NCBI GenBank assembly: GCA_041736175.1
Contig: JBGSUI010000240.1
Coordinates: 1-64,000, forward strand
Source: Oligoflexales bacterium
GTDB taxonomy: Bacteria; Bdellovibrionota_B; Oligoflexia; Oligoflexales; CAIYRB01
Direction: 5' to 3'
Length of the DNA: 64,000 bases
Positions 8,269 to 18,764 of the stretch are shown here, piece after piece. Position 1 is the first letter of the stretch; the number at the start of each line of letters is the position of its first letter. Made by a program: the position numbers and the translations under genes. Under the pieces are notes generated by a model, which did not search any database, was not told the origin of the DNA, and worked only from the letters and a program-made list of their open reading frames with translations.

Positions 8269-9171
8269 GTGAAACAAGTGCGTCCTGGACCCATACGACT
8301 GGTCTGTCCTGAGAGTTTTTCCGTGACTCTTGAAAACAATTGTGGAGTAGGTTCTTCCGCATCTGCGGACAAGCATTTTACCTGGACCCGCTACCCCTAC
8401 CCTTGGACAGAAGGTCTGGTTTTCGGCACATGGGATACCGACGACAGGAAAACAATAGATAGTTTAACGGCGTTTGTGGGAGATCTGATCCACAAGGGCT
8501 TCACTGCGGGTATTATGGGCACGCAAGCGATCAAAGCGCTGTTTTTCGATATGGATGCGACCGTGATCGTCGAAGAATCCCTGGTGGAGATCGCCTCCGA
8601 AAGAGGGCTCTCCGCAGAGATCCACCGCATTACGGAGCTGGCCATGGACGGTAAACTAGATTTTAAGGAGGCTCTCCTCCAAAGGATCATTCTGCTCAAG
8701 GGAACACCTAAAAAGCTGGTTGAAAAGGTCCTCCATCGCCTCACCCTCCAACCCGGAATCATCCCCTTGGTGGGACGAGCCCGAGAGAATAACATCAAAT
8801 GCTACATGGTTTCTGGTGGTTTTACGATCCTAGCAGACCCTATCGGCAGGACCGTGGGTATGGATGGGGTCCACGCCAACACCTTTGGATTTGAAGGGGA
8901 CACCCTAAGCGGTCGGCTCGAAGGTGAGATCGTCGACGCCATCGGGAAAAAAGACTTTTTAGAAAAAACCTGCCAAGCTCTTAAGATTTCTCCAGACGAA
9001 ACCATCGCCATAGGCGACGGAGCCAACGATATCCCTCTCGTCTCAACAGCCGCCTTTGGCTCAGGGTTTCGCCCCAAACATGCCCTTCGGTCCGCAATCC
9101 ATTTTCAAAACCAAAAGGGTGACCACAGACTGCTGGAGTATTTTCTTTTTGGATCCCTACGGGAGACCTAA
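8269..9171 (+). CDS. serB: Phosphoserine phosphatase (HAD family)
   Basis: FDMDAT, ITELAMDG.LDF..AL..R, VSGGF and IGDGAND. Confidence 0.88.
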   Translation: MKQVRPGPIRLVCPESFSVTLENNCGVGSSASADKHFTWTRYPYPWTEGLVFGTWDTDDRKTIDSLTAFVGDLIHKGFTAGIMGTQAIKALFFDMDATVIVEESLVEIASERGLSAEIHRITELAMDGKLDFKEALLQRIILLKGTPKKLVEKVLHRLTLQPGIIPLVGRARENNIKCYMVSGGFTILADPIGRTVGMDGVHANTFGFEGDTLSGRLEGEIVDAIGKKDFLEKTCQALKISPDETIAIGDGANDIPLVSTAAFGSGFRPKHALRSAIHFQNQKGDHRLLEYFLFGSLRET

Positions 9172-9183
9172 CACTTGTTTGAG

Positions 9184-11052
9184 CTATAGACTAAGCCAAA
9201 GAGCAATGGTTAAACTGCTTGAGAATCCAGCGTCCACAAACTCTAGAGCCAGTTCTTTATTCTTGGAAATTTCTAAGACCGCAGTTGTATCGGTAAAAAA
9301 TCCACTTCGGCGATTGATATGGGCTGCAAATCGGTAGGCGCTTTGATGGATAAAGCGAAAGCGTGATGATTCAGAATGTAATATAACCAGAGCAGGTGCA
9401 ATAAATAATTCTGTATCTGCTAAATTTCCAGGTGTTTGCAAGGTCCCCTTTATTCCACCCGCTAGGCGCAATCCACCCAATGGGAATGTGCCGTTGAAAA
9501 ACGCTTCAAGCTCAGCACCTTTTGCCAATGAAGCCAAGCGATCAAAATGCCCATAGCGCACGTACATATTGGTATTCAAAAAGTTTTTATAGGGGATTTT
9601 CGCCTGATAATTCTCTACCTTGATCAGATCGACATACAAAAGATCAAGACTTTTTGGCTCGACTAGAATCCCTAGATTAAACATTTCTAGCCCCATATCA
9701 CTTCGGGATCCCTCGGGGTTTCCTAAGATACCCTTCAGAGTCGGTCGCCAGGTAAAAATCATGGCTTGTTTGTGCGGTGTGCGGTATCCTCCAACCCCAA
9801 AACGCTGCTCTGGAGGCATCAAGGCTGGGTTTTCCCGCTTTGGAACAACAGGATCGGCATAGGGTGGCACGGTGTTAAGGGATCTTGCCATCAATAATTC
9901 TCGCCTTAAACCTGAAAATTGTTTAGGAACTTCGGCCCCAGTCAGTCGAGAATCGAAGTCAATATAATCGATCATAGTATCTAGAATATGAGCTGCCGAT
10001 TCTCTGGACGCTTGCTGCAAAGGTGTTAGATTTTCCATCTCCCATAGGTCGTGAAAAATTTCCCTTTCAGCCTCAGTAAGCATGCCATACTGATGCAGGT
10101 AGCGAGAACGATTAGATGGGTGGTAAATCACTTGCTGAGGATCACCCAAGACGGTAATCGTCCGTTTTAGGAGATCCGGAGGTGTTGCCCAAACCCGGTA
10201 GCGAGCAGATAGTAAAACCTCTGAGCTGGCTGCTTGTAGAAGCTTGGTTAAGAGGAGTGAACAATTTCTTGATAGATAGTAGTAGCTGCTCCAAGCCTGC
10301 CTGACTTCAAAATAGGTCAATATAAAATTGTCTATTTGATCAGGAGTAAGCTTAAGGGGATACTCCCACAAATCCCGGCTTTCATGATTAGCATATTGTT
10401 GCAATTTGTAATGCATCGGTAGTATTTCAAAAATTCCTTGAAAGCTTCCGGTAAGACCACCAATGACGTAGCTCAGATAGTTGACCGATCCATGAACAGC
10501 AGAAAAATTAATCACAGGATCTAACATAGGGTTATGGTATTGATCATTTTTTTTGACCTGGAGGCGGATAAAACTATGGCCAAAAAAAGAAGCAGGACTT
10601 TCCAGAAAATAACTAGAAAATATCAAGGAAATCCCTTCAACTTTCGTTAAACCTAAAATGGTGTAGGTATTTGGACAGGCAATTTTTGGCAACCTTTCAG
10701 ATAAGATCCCGAGGTGCTTCATGGCCCACTTGACACGCCGCGGAAACCGACAGCCAACATAGTTGGCTGCAGACCTATTGCCCGCAAAAAGTGCTTGCAA
10801 AAATGCTGTCAACTCATCCCGCTCATCCCATTTGCCATTGGGACTCAGATAAAAACCAGGTGAATCGATAAGACCGGAAGCACCACCCCATAGATTGGGG
10901 TGATAAAAAAGCAGTGCCCGCCACTCCTGCCACGCAGCCTCTGTCGGCTCTTGATTTAAAAGCGGCTTGACATCTCGGCTATGATTAGCAAAAGCATCGC
11001 TTCCATACCACAACCCCTGAAAAACAATTAAAACTAAGAAATACCAGGACAT
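9184..11052 (-). CDS. DUF4105 (Lnb N-terminal-like) protein
   Basis: W.ALL.Y, CRFP.R, PASFFGH, ESRDLWEY and YYYLSRNC motifs, with a beta-rich C-terminus. Confidence 0.85.
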   Translation of the reverse strand: MSWYFLVLIVFQGLWYGSDAFANHSRDVKPLLNQEPTEAAWQEWRALLFYHPNLWGGASGLIDSPGFYLSPNGKWDERDELTAFLQALFAGNRSAANYVGCRFPRRVKWAMKHLGILSERLPKIACPNTYTILGLTKVEGISLIFSSYFLESPASFFGHSFIRLQVKKNDQYHNPMLDPVINFSAVHGSVNYLSYVIGGLTGSFQGIFEILPMHYKLQQYANHESRDLWEYPLKLTPDQIDNFILTYFEVRQAWSSYYYLSRNCSLLLTKLLQAASSEVLLSARYRVWATPPDLLKRTITVLGDPQQVIYHPSNRSRYLHQYGMLTEAEREIFHDLWEMENLTPLQQASRESAAHILDTMIDYIDFDSRLTGAEVPKQFSGLRRELLMARSLNTVPPYADPVVPKRENPALMPPEQRFGVGGYRTPHKQAMIFTWRPTLKGILGNPEGSRSDMGLEMFNLGILVEPKSLDLLYVDLIKVENYQAKIPYKNFLNTNMYVRYGHFDRLASLAKGAELEAFFNGTFPLGGLRLAGGIKGTLQTPGNLADTELFIAPALVILHSESSRFRFIHQSAYRFAAHINRRSGFFTDTTAVLEISKNKELALEFVDAGFSSSLTIALWLSL

Positions 11053-11582
11053 GCGCTCACTATTTTGCCGTCTGATTGACCTACTTGCTTCATTTTTTTA
11101 TAGACCAATTCTGGCGTTGGTTCGTTGTAAATTAAGGAATACCTAGATTTATTAAATCGGTAGAATACTCCCCGATCTGCATCGGTTTCACAACCAAATA
11201 ATTCGGCTAAAGCATCCAAATGGCTACCTTGACCTTGAACGGCCTCTTTTTCAAGACTAGAAAGGTTGGCGCTGATAAAAACAGCTTGTTCCATTTGTGC
11301 TGTTTGGTTGGAATAATCGCAATTTGACGTCCCTGAAGTGATTGCCGAAGATACAAACCCAATATAGGTGTTGATGAGCGAAGCAGCGATCTGAGCATTT
11401 TTCGTCTTTTCCGAGATAATCACCGATCCTAGCCCACATCCCGCCTTGCCAAAGGGGGTGCTATAACCACGATTCTCCTTTATAGTTTTTTTACCATAAG
11501 CGACCCCATGGATAGGATGGCACAGCATGATCGGGACCAATATCAACAAGCGAGAAATCATAGAAAAATATTTGATCTTCAT
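11034..11582 (-). CDS. DUF3015 family protein
   Basis: Signal peptide, GKAGCGLGS, ITSGTSNC and EAVQGQGSHLDALAELFGC. Confidence 0.85.
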   Translation of the reverse strand: MKIKYFSMISRLLILVPIMLCHPIHGVAYGKKTIKENRGYSTPFGKAGCGLGSVIISEKTKNAQIAASLINTYIGFVSSAITSGTSNCDYSNQTAQMEQAVFISANLSSLEKEAVQGQGSHLDALAELFGCETDADRGVFYRFNKSRYSLIYNEPTPELVYKKMKQVGQSDGKIVSACPGIS

Positions 11583-11614
11583 TGTGGAGCCTCCGTTGAA
11601 TGATTGAGAGCTGA

Positions 11615-12190
11615 TTATTCACGATTTGCTTGAGCTAGCTGTAGAGTTTCTGCAGATTGAATTTTGATGCAGCTCGCCACCAGGATTGAATTTCCACGAA
11701 TTTTTTCATTGAGCTCTAAAAAAGTCGCGCGGACACCCGGTTGGGCAAAAATAGTCGAAAATTGACTTTTCACAAAACCGCCAAAATCGCGGTAGGAAGA
11801 TTTGGGACAACCAAATTGCGCGGCTAAGCCTTCCAGTATTTGCCCTTCTCCCCGCGCTGCTTCTTTTGCTAGTGCAGCAAAATTCTGAAATGTAAAATTA
11901 TACTGGTCAAAGTAGGCTACCGGCATGGCGTCTTCGCCGCACCCCGCAAAGTCAAAGGTGATCGACCACGGTTGCGATGTGGGCACACCTATCAATCCAT
12001 TGGCAATGGGAATAGTACCGTGGTTCGTGGTCGCGGCCGAGGTCTGCCAATTTCTGGGGCCAAAGATCCGAGTTCCTGCCCCACATCCTGCAAACCCATA
12101 ACTTTCTGCTTGTGAATTCCCCGAAAAAAATATGCCCAGAAACACTAAACTTGTGACGCCAGAGAGCACCCTTTTAGCCTTGACACGCAT
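11615..12190 (-). CDS. DUF3015 family protein (paralogue)
   Basis: YGFAGCGAG and EAARGEGQILEGLAAQFGC. Start moved to ATG 12190, which gives a clean signal peptide. Confidence 0.8.
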   Translation of the reverse strand: MRVKAKRVLSGVTSLVFLGIFFSGNSQAESYGFAGCGAGTRIFGPRNWQTSAATTNHGTIPIANGLIGVPTSQPWSITFDFAGCGEDAMPVAYFDQYNFTFQNFAALAKEAARGEGQILEGLAAQFGCPKSSYRDFGGFVKSQFSTIFAQPGVRATFLELNEKIRGNSILVASCIKIQSAETLQLAQANRE

Positions 12191-12626
12191 ATAAGCCCCA
12201 ATCATCCTTGATGCAGCTAGCATGTGATAAGAAATTGAAAAAGCTTTGCCTATGCTGCCCCCCCCGATATCCTCGTACCTGCGTGATGGAAATCGAGTTT
12301 TGACAGCCCAGGATTTTTTCAAGTTAGCACATTTCATTTGTACTATTTCGCGCCACAGATTAGCTGAGTTAAAAGTTGTTTTCATGCTACCAAGAAAAAT
12401 ACTTGTTGTCTATGCCAAATGGACTCACAACAGGGCGATTGCATTTAACTGTCTTGATAGGATTTTTTTCTTTGAGTTTGCCACCACAACCAGAAGTATA
12501 AAATCTAATAAGAGCAGGTTGAAAAGGTCCTCCAACGCCTCATCCTCCAACCCGAATCATCCCCTGGTGGGACCAGCCCGAGAGGACAGCATCAAGAGCT
12601 ACAGACTTCCCACTAACAATTTCTGT

Positions 12627-14882
12627 TTACCTATGGCTGCTGGGTTTCCACCGTTTGAGTAAAAGAGCGCTTCCGACCACACTGGCACTACTCAGGGCCA
12701 TAGCTGCTCCGGCGACCATAGGACTCAGCAGACCAAAGGCTGCCAGAGGGATTCCTAAGATATTGTAGATAAACGCCCAAAAGAGATTTTGTTTAATTTT
12801 TTGGTAGGTTTTACGGGAAATCTCTAGGGCGTCGGGGATCAGCAAAGGATTTCCATGCATCAGGGTAATGCCCGCCGTGTGCATCGCCACATCTGTTCCC
12901 GTGGCCATGGCGATGCCGATATCAGCGGTTGCCAGGGCAGGTGCGTCATTGATACCGTCGCCGACCATGGCGACGATTTCGCCTCCTTTACCCTCCTTGC
13001 CCGTACCTTTGAGGGAGGTGACCATGTTAGCTTTTGCTTCGGGCAGTACCTCTGCCCTCCAGTCGGCGATTCCGACTTCCTGGGCCACCCGCCGGGCACT
13101 GGCGGGATTGTCCCCGGTGATCAACACGGTCTTAATTCCAAGGCCTGATAGGATCCTTATGGCTTTTGCAGCTTCGGGCTTAAGGGCATCTCGAAAGGTG
13201 ATCATACCGAGAAATTTTGTTTGGTCTTGGTTAGCCACATAGCTTACGGTCAGACCATCGTCTGGGACAAAGTCCTTAGAGACTTTAGGGGGTAGAACCT
13301 CGATCTTAAGGGAATTCATAAGGGCCAAGGACCCTACAACGATAGTTTGTTTGTCCACTTGACCCACCACCCCTTTTCCTGGGACAGCCTGGATATTACG
13401 GGCCGGGACATAGGAGAGATTTTGTTTTTTGGCAGAGTCGACCACGGCTTTGGCCAGGGGATGCTCGCTCCCGTCTTGGACAGCAGCCGTGATCCTAAGC
13501 AACTCTTCGCGATCTCCTGATTGGGGGAAAATCCCGACGATTTCGGGGCGTCCTTGGGTAAGGGTCCCGGTTTTGTCGAAAACGATGGTTGTGACTTTGT
13601 GGGCGGTCTCCAGGGCCTCGGCGTCTTTGATAAGAATCCCTTGTTGGGCAGCCATACCGGTTCCAACCATAATCGACGTTGGAGTGGCTAAACCTAAAGC
13701 ACAGGGGCAGGCGATCACCAGGACTGCAACTCCGTGGAGTAGGGCCGCTTCCCATTGGCCGGTGACCATCCCCCACAGGAAAAAGGTTAAGAAGGCAATC
13801 CCTAGGACCGTGGGCACAAAAACATTGCTGACCCGGTCCACAAGACGCTGGATGGGAGCCTTTGCCATTTGGGCATTTTCGACCAGGCGGATCATCCGCG
13901 CCAAGGTCGACTCGGCACCGAGGGCTACGGTGGTGACGATGAGTTGGCCATCACCATTAAGAGTGCCCCCTGTGACGATGTCACCAGGAGATTTGGTCCG
14001 CGGCAGGCCCTCCCCGGAGACCAAGGACTCATCCACAAGACTCGATCCCTGGAGCACACGACCATCCACAGGGATTTTTTCTCCTGGTCCCACGACCACC
14101 AGATCTCCAAGCCGCACTTGGCTCAGCGATACCTCTTGATCACCGTCAGGTCGACGGAGACGGGCCCGGTCGGGGATGATGGCTTGGAGGGAGCGCAACG
14201 CTTGAGAGGTTTGGTGCTTTGCTCGAGACTCGAGATACTTGCCCAAAAGAACCATGACAATAATCACGGCGGCGCTCTCAAAATACAGAGCACGGGAACC
14301 CATAAACAGATTATAAACGCTTAAACCAAAAGCCGCGCTGGTACCAAGCACCACCAGGAGATCCATATTGCCAGCGCCAGCCCTTAATGCGCTCCAAGCG
14401 GCTTTATAAAAGCGGGCCCCAAGCCAAAACTGGATCGGCAAGGCAAAAATCAAGGGCGTCCAACCAGGCAGCATAAAGTGGAGACCAAAGGGTTCCAAAA
14501 CCATCGGAACCACAAGAGGCAAAGCAAGCAGCGCACCCACCATCACCAGTCGTCCCTGATGGTCGAGGTCGGATGGAGCCGCCTTTGTTTGGGTTTGATC
14601 AGGGATAGAAAGGGGATCTTTGATCAGCACAGCTTTGTAACCCGCCTTTTCCACCTGTTGGACCAAAATCTCAGGGGTGATTGCTCGATTCCCATAGTTG
14701 ACCCGCGCCCGCTCCGTGGCCAGATTTACCTGGACGGTTTCCACCCCTTGCACCTGAGAGAGTGCTTTTTCAAGTCGCTGGACACAGGAGGTGCAGCTCA
14801 TTCCGCTGATGGCTAAATCAACTGTTTTTGTGCCCACAGGAAAGCCGGTGGGTTGGGGTTGTGATGGTTGTGGCTCAGACAT
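12627..14882 (-). CDS. copA: Cu(I)-translocating P1B-type ATPase
   Basis: HMA GMSCTSC, CPC, DKTGT, SEHP, GDGIND, YN and MALSS. ATG at 14882 has an AAGGTG SD. Confidence 0.93.
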   Translation of the reverse strand: MSEPQPSQPQPTGFPVGTKTVDLAISGMSCTSCVQRLEKALSQVQGVETVQVNLATERARVNYGNRAITPEILVQQVEKAGYKAVLIKDPLSIPDQTQTKAAPSDLDHQGRLVMVGALLALPLVVPMVLEPFGLHFMLPGWTPLIFALPIQFWLGARFYKAAWSALRAGAGNMDLLVVLGTSAAFGLSVYNLFMGSRALYFESAAVIIVMVLLGKYLESRAKHQTSQALRSLQAIIPDRARLRRPDGDQEVSLSQVRLGDLVVVGPGEKIPVDGRVLQGSSLVDESLVSGEGLPRTKSPGDIVTGGTLNGDGQLIVTTVALGAESTLARMIRLVENAQMAKAPIQRLVDRVSNVFVPTVLGIAFLTFFLWGMVTGQWEAALLHGVAVLVIACPCALGLATPTSIMVGTGMAAQQGILIKDAEALETAHKVTTIVFDKTGTLTQGRPEIVGIFPQSGDREELLRITAAVQDGSEHPLAKAVVDSAKKQNLSYVPARNIQAVPGKGVVGQVDKQTIVVGSLALMNSLKIEVLPPKVSKDFVPDDGLTVSYVANQDQTKFLGMITFRDALKPEAAKAIRILSGLGIKTVLITGDNPASARRVAQEVGIADWRAEVLPEAKANMVTSLKGTGKEGKGGEIVAMVGDGINDAPALATADIGIAMATGTDVAMHTAGITLMHGNPLLIPDALEISRKTYQKIKQNLFWAFIYNILGIPLAAFGLLSPMVAGAAMALSSASVVGSALLLKRWKPSSHR

Positions 14883-15002
14883 ATTTTTCACCTTATGACG
14901 ATGGTCCTGGGATCTCGTCTCTCAGTTTATTAAGAAAACAAACTTTCCACCCAAACTCATCTGGTTTTACATTTTCTGGACCTTAGCCGTCAAGCAGCCC
15001 GT

Positions 15003-15035
15003 CTACTGATAAGTCGAACCGCGCATTTTGAGCTC
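15003..15035 (+). repeat. Direct repeat A, copy 1 (29/33 identical to 16650-16682)
   Basis: CTACTGATAAGTCGAACCGCGCATTTTGAGCTC. Confidence 0.8.
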
Positions 15036-15293
15036 ATCTCGCGGTCTGCGGGCTGGTCCTGGCAAAACGCTCAAGAGAAGATTGAGTTGGCTAAATTGGC
15101 GAAAGAGGTCGGACATTACAATAGTGCCGATGAAGCGGCCCCAAAGAAGGCCAAGATATAGTTTCCTTGTTTTGGTTGTGAGCTGTTAAAGGATTTTCCG
15201 GCGATGAACAATGTATAGAGATTGGAATTTACAGACGCATCGCTCCGATTCAAGCACAGAGTGTGGCGATTGTGGCTCAAGGTGTGCCACCGA

Positions 15294-16466
15294 TTAATCT
15301 AGTAGCTGGTAACGCAGCAAATAGTGCCGGAACAGCGGGTCAGCTAGGCTATAGGACTGCACATGCTCTTTGCCCAAGAAGTCTCGATAGACCACTCCGT
15401 CGTCAAGAAACTGTTTCAAGATGCGCGCAATACCGGTTTTCGATACCTTCCCAACGGCAGCCACAAACTCGGTCCCAAGTACCTTGATGGCCCGGTGCTC
15501 CCGGGCCAAGATCCTGAGCACCCGACGCTGGCTCGCACTGAAACCGGCGAACCGGTGGGCATAAATAGATAATGTTTGACCTAAATACGCATCGAGATGA
15601 ATCTCTAGAGAAGCTTTTGAGACTTCAAAGTCACCAGGTAGGCTGGCAATGAAATCGGCAAGTCGATTGATGCTCTCTGGAATGCGATCAACAAGGTCTT
15701 GCAACGCGTGGGTCACTTCCGATGTGGCACTCTTGCCGGCGAGGCGCCAACGTTCGGCAATATACTCGTGGTATTCATGGTATGGGATGTAGCCAAACTC
15801 GATGCTTGTTCCCCAATTATAAAATGGTGCACGCGGCGTTTGAAAGATTTTCTCGAGCAAATGCTGGGCAGAACCAAGTACAACGATCGGAACTCCTTGG
15901 CCTAATGCTTCAAGGCAGGTCCGCAGCTTGGCCGCCGCCTGTGGGATTAGGTTGATCTCCTGAAACTCATCGAGGATGATTAAAAATTCGAAGGTTTTCG
16001 CTTGCGCCAGTGCCGCGATATTAGCCAAGACTGTTTGAAAATCGACAAGGCTGGCACCCGCTTCGGTCTTAATGCTAAAATTTCCGAAGTCGCCGCCATC
16101 AACCGAAGGAGTCCAGGTTGGCCTGACGCGACTTAAGACCTTTAGCCAATCGAGCCCCTTTTCCCAAGTTCGGCGTTTCGCCGAGAGGGCAATATTAAAG
16201 GCCTTGGTAAACTCAATCGAGATGTCTGCAAGGCTTCGGGCTGCGTAGAGATCGACAAAAAAAATGATGCGGCGCTCGGGCGCTTCTCGCTCCCACTGCC
16301 GTGCGACAATATTCTTCGTGACGGACGTTTTGCCAAAATTACGCTTGCCATAAAGACGGACTGCTCGACCAGCCTTGACGTGCTCGATCAAGCGCGTTGT
16401 TTCCTCTTTGAAATTGCATATTTCGGATGGTTCCAATAGCCGGTCATAGGTAAAAAATGAGCGCAT
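15294..16466 (-). CDS. AAA+ ATPase (archaeal-ATPase-like) with probable C-terminal winged helix
   Basis: Walker A GKRNFGKT, Walker B LIILDEFQ, and C-terminal Y.LADPLF. Start placed at ATG 16466, downstream of the promoter and repeats. Confidence 0.85.
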   Translation of the reverse strand: MRSFFTYDRLLEPSEICNFKEETTRLIEHVKAGRAVRLYGKRNFGKTSVTKNIVARQWEREAPERRIIFFVDLYAARSLADISIEFTKAFNIALSAKRRTWEKGLDWLKVLSRVRPTWTPSVDGGDFGNFSIKTEAGASLVDFQTVLANIAALAQAKTFEFLIILDEFQEINLIPQAAAKLRTCLEALGQGVPIVVLGSAQHLLEKIFQTPRAPFYNWGTSIEFGYIPYHEYHEYIAERWRLAGKSATSEVTHALQDLVDRIPESINRLADFIASLPGDFEVSKASLEIHLDAYLGQTLSIYAHRFAGFSASQRRVLRILAREHRAIKVLGTEFVAAVGKVSKTGIARILKQFLDDGVVYRDFLGKEHVQSYSLADPLFRHYLLRYQLLD

Positions 16467-16509
16467 GAGGGGTCCCATAAAGAGGAATAATCTGTACCTT
16501 TTAAAAGCC

Positions 16510-16575
16510 GGTCCACAAAAAAAGGTCCACAAAAAGTGGTCCATCAATAATGGACCATAGAAATGCTAAGGTCAA
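16510..16575 (-). promoter_or_regulatory. Sigma-70-like promoter overlapped by a GGTCCA repeat array and palindrome
   Basis: TTGACC-N17-CATTAT on the minus strand. GGTCCA occurs at 16510, 16524 and 16538, and the palindrome TGGTCCAT-N5-ATGGACCA spans 16537-16557. Confidence 0.65.
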
Positions 16576-16649
16576 GGTGATTTTCGTGGATGAGGGGGAG
16601 GTTTTTGCTTCGGGTGTGAGTTGATCTAGGACGCCGTCAGCTTTAAACC

Positions 16650-16682
16650 CTACCGAAAAGCCGAACCGCGCATTTTGAACTC
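16650..16682 (+). repeat. Direct repeat A, copy 2
   Basis: CTACCGAAAAGCCGAACCGCGCATTTTGAACTC; it supplies the last codons and stop of the lipoprotein gene. Confidence 0.8.
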
Positions 16683-17573
16683 CTGTCTTAAAGATTTGCT
16701 GTGATTATTGGGCACCTGAATCTCAGGCCCATCGACAAAAGTCTGGTTATCGCGAAAGTAACGCACCAGATAAGACCCCGGTGGTAAACCTCTTAATTTG
16801 AAGTTAGAATTCATTACGGGTGCCTGGCTAAAAGCATTTTTGCAAGGCGTAGACTCATCCAAAACAACCTTGTCTTTGGAAGAAAATACCGGTCGATCTT
16901 CCATCCGCGGTCCGCGGGCTGGTCCTTTGAAAGGGGGTGGTGGAAGCTGTTGCATCTGGTTATAAAGGTAGACACAGATCCACTGGGCATCGGCTATCGG
17001 CGCGACGCCTGTGATCGGTTCTCCCAGATCTCGTTTACGGCCATCACCACGTGGTTTAAAGACTATGCCGTCATTGGCGGGACCTTCGATCACCGATTGA
17101 TAGGGGTTCATATTGAGCAGCAACTCAGTTTTTTCGCCTTCTTTTATGGTGAAGGGATAGGACAGAGCAAAAGCATTTGCTTGCGGATCTTCCCACCGGA
17201 TTTTTTTCGCCACCCCATCTCGATCAAAATATCTCAGGGGATTGTCCTGGACCAGCTGAAAAACAACTTGGCTGTAATCACCAACTTCGATTTCGGTCGC
17301 GCCAAGATCCTGGGAATCGACACTGTCCCCTTGGTTAGAATCATCAAACAGACTAAACTCCGATTTTTGTGGCTTAAAGCCCTGGACGGCGGAGTCTTGC
17401 TGCGAAGCAACCAACTGGATTTCCTGAAGAGCCAAGGTGAGCTGTTGTTTGCCCGCCTTCGGTTCCCTCACCACGGCGATAGATAGGGTCCCTTTTTTGG
17501 TTCCACCCCCCGGATTTCCGGCTTCCACACCACATCCAAATAAAAGAAGAGCCAAAAACCAAAGACGTAACAT
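16650..17573 (-). CDS. Lipoprotein, DUF4382-like
   Basis: Lipobox LFGC followed by GNP, and a beta-rich domain (G.Y.Q..F, F.I..G..TEL.L). Confidence 0.65.
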   Translation of the reverse strand: MLRLWFLALLLFGCGVEAGNPGGGTKKGTLSIAVVREPKAGKQQLTLALQEIQLVASQQDSAVQGFKPQKSEFSLFDDSNQGDSVDSQDLGATEIEVGDYSQVVFQLVQDNPLRYFDRDGVAKKIRWEDPQANAFALSYPFTIKEGEKTELLLNMNPYQSVIEGPANDGIVFKPRGDGRKRDLGEPITGVAPIADAQWICVYLYNQMQQLPPPPFKGPARGPRMEDRPVFSSKDKVVLDESTPCKNAFSQAPVMNSNFKLRGLPPGSYLVRYFRDNQTFVDGPEIQVPNNHSKSLRQEFKMRGSAFR

Positions 17574-17576
17574 TTT

Positions 17577-18434
17577 TTAGTCCCCCCTTTTTAGGAGTGA
17601 AAAGAGCTGTATATTTAGCTGCACCACATCATCGGGTGCTGATTCTGCTGCGGACTGGTTTAAAAATCGCTTACGAAGGGCAATGATGTCATCTTTCATC
17701 TGCGCCACAAGACTCTGTGATACCGTGATGGTGATGGCACTGATGTCTCTCTCTTCCCGTGGTAGATAGTCCAAGGCGTCCAAAGACAAGCCAAGCATTT
17801 GGCGATGATAACTCTGGAGTGCAAGACCGAGCACTTCGTTTCCCGATGAGATCGTGGCATCGGTGGGCCGTAGTTTTTGCGACTCAGGGTCTCTTGCTAT
17901 ATAACCAAGGTCAAGCAGCAAGGCGAGGCTCTCTTCGACTTTTTGCTTGGATATTTCCGGACAGATTTTAAGGGAAAGCCATTCCGCATCATCACGACTG
18001 TCTGGCAAGCGCAAGATTTCTAGGATCGCTGCATGATACCAATGCTCAAAAAAGCTTAACTGTTTACGGTCTAGTTCTGTAGGCAAGACCTTACTACGCA
18101 GCTCCATGCGGGCGGCAAAAGCTTCATCCCGTTCACCCCTGGTTTTGGCCCGCATCGCTTCGACCATGGCTAAAAAATACTTTTTCTGAACCCCCACAAG
18201 GGCTAATACAGATACGATTTTGAGCGCTGATTTCTGAGTTAAAGGACGCCGACCGCTGATGACACCGTGGGCATTGGCTGAGCCTAAACCTAAATCTTCT
18301 GAAAATTTTTGGTAGGAGTAGTGGGGATCTGCAGATTTTAAAGCCAGATAGACTGCCTGAAGGTAACTCCTCGGGTCACCGTAGTCTGTTACCAGGATTC
18401 GTCTTGCAATGTCCTTAAGATCACTTAAAGTCAT
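17577..18434 (-). CDS. TIGR02147 family protein (N-terminal HTH plus DUF4423)
   Basis: YSY..FS..LG, ISGRRPL, WYHAAILE, YHRQML, ERDIS and QLNIQLF. Confidence 0.9.
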   Translation of the reverse strand: MTLSDLKDIARRILVTDYGDPRSYLQAVYLALKSADPHYSYQKFSEDLGLGSANAHGVISGRRPLTQKSALKIVSVLALVGVQKKYFLAMVEAMRAKTRGERDEAFAARMELRSKVLPTELDRKQLSFFEHWYHAAILEILRLPDSRDDAEWLSLKICPEISKQKVEESLALLLDLGYIARDPESQKLRPTDATISSGNEVLGLALQSYHRQMLGLSLDALDYLPREERDISAITITVSQSLVAQMKDDIIALRKRFLNQSAAESAPDDVVQLNIQLFSLLKRGD

Positions 18435-18463
18435 ACTATGATCCTCCTCTGACCATAAAACAC

Positions 18464-18491
18464 TTATCGGTGTTTCTAGCTAAAAACTTGA
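18464..18491 (-). promoter_or_regulatory. Sigma-28-type promoter of the TIGR02147 gene
   Basis: TCAAG-N15-ACCGATAA. Confidence 0.6.
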
Positions 18492-18611
18492 GCCTACTTT
18501 TGAGTATATCTCCCCTGGGTAACAGAAGGAGATATCCATACTCAATTTTTTGATAGAAATTCATAGACTAAAATCTATAATATACAGTATTTATTCGATA
18601 TATTATATAAT

Positions 18612-18638
18612 TAAAGTTTTCTAATTATAAACCGATAA
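18612..18638 (+). promoter_or_regulatory. Sigma-28-type promoter of the EF-hand gene
   Basis: TAAAGTTT-N11-ACCGATAA, close to the extended FliA consensus. Confidence 0.65.
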
Positions 18639-18764
18639 TACCTGTGAAAGAAATGGTGCTACCGAAGTGTCACCTTAAAATAGGAAATATTCTGAACACC
18701 CCGTTTCTAACCTTCGGCAGCACCATTGTGGTGTCCCAATCAACCGTTTTTTGAGGAGTCTTGT

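Noticed and set aside
12855..14816. Long antisense and alternative-frame ORFs over copA (similar shadows occur over the LSR, aap and TelA genes)
   Set aside because: Shadow frames of well-supported genes, with no motifs of their own.
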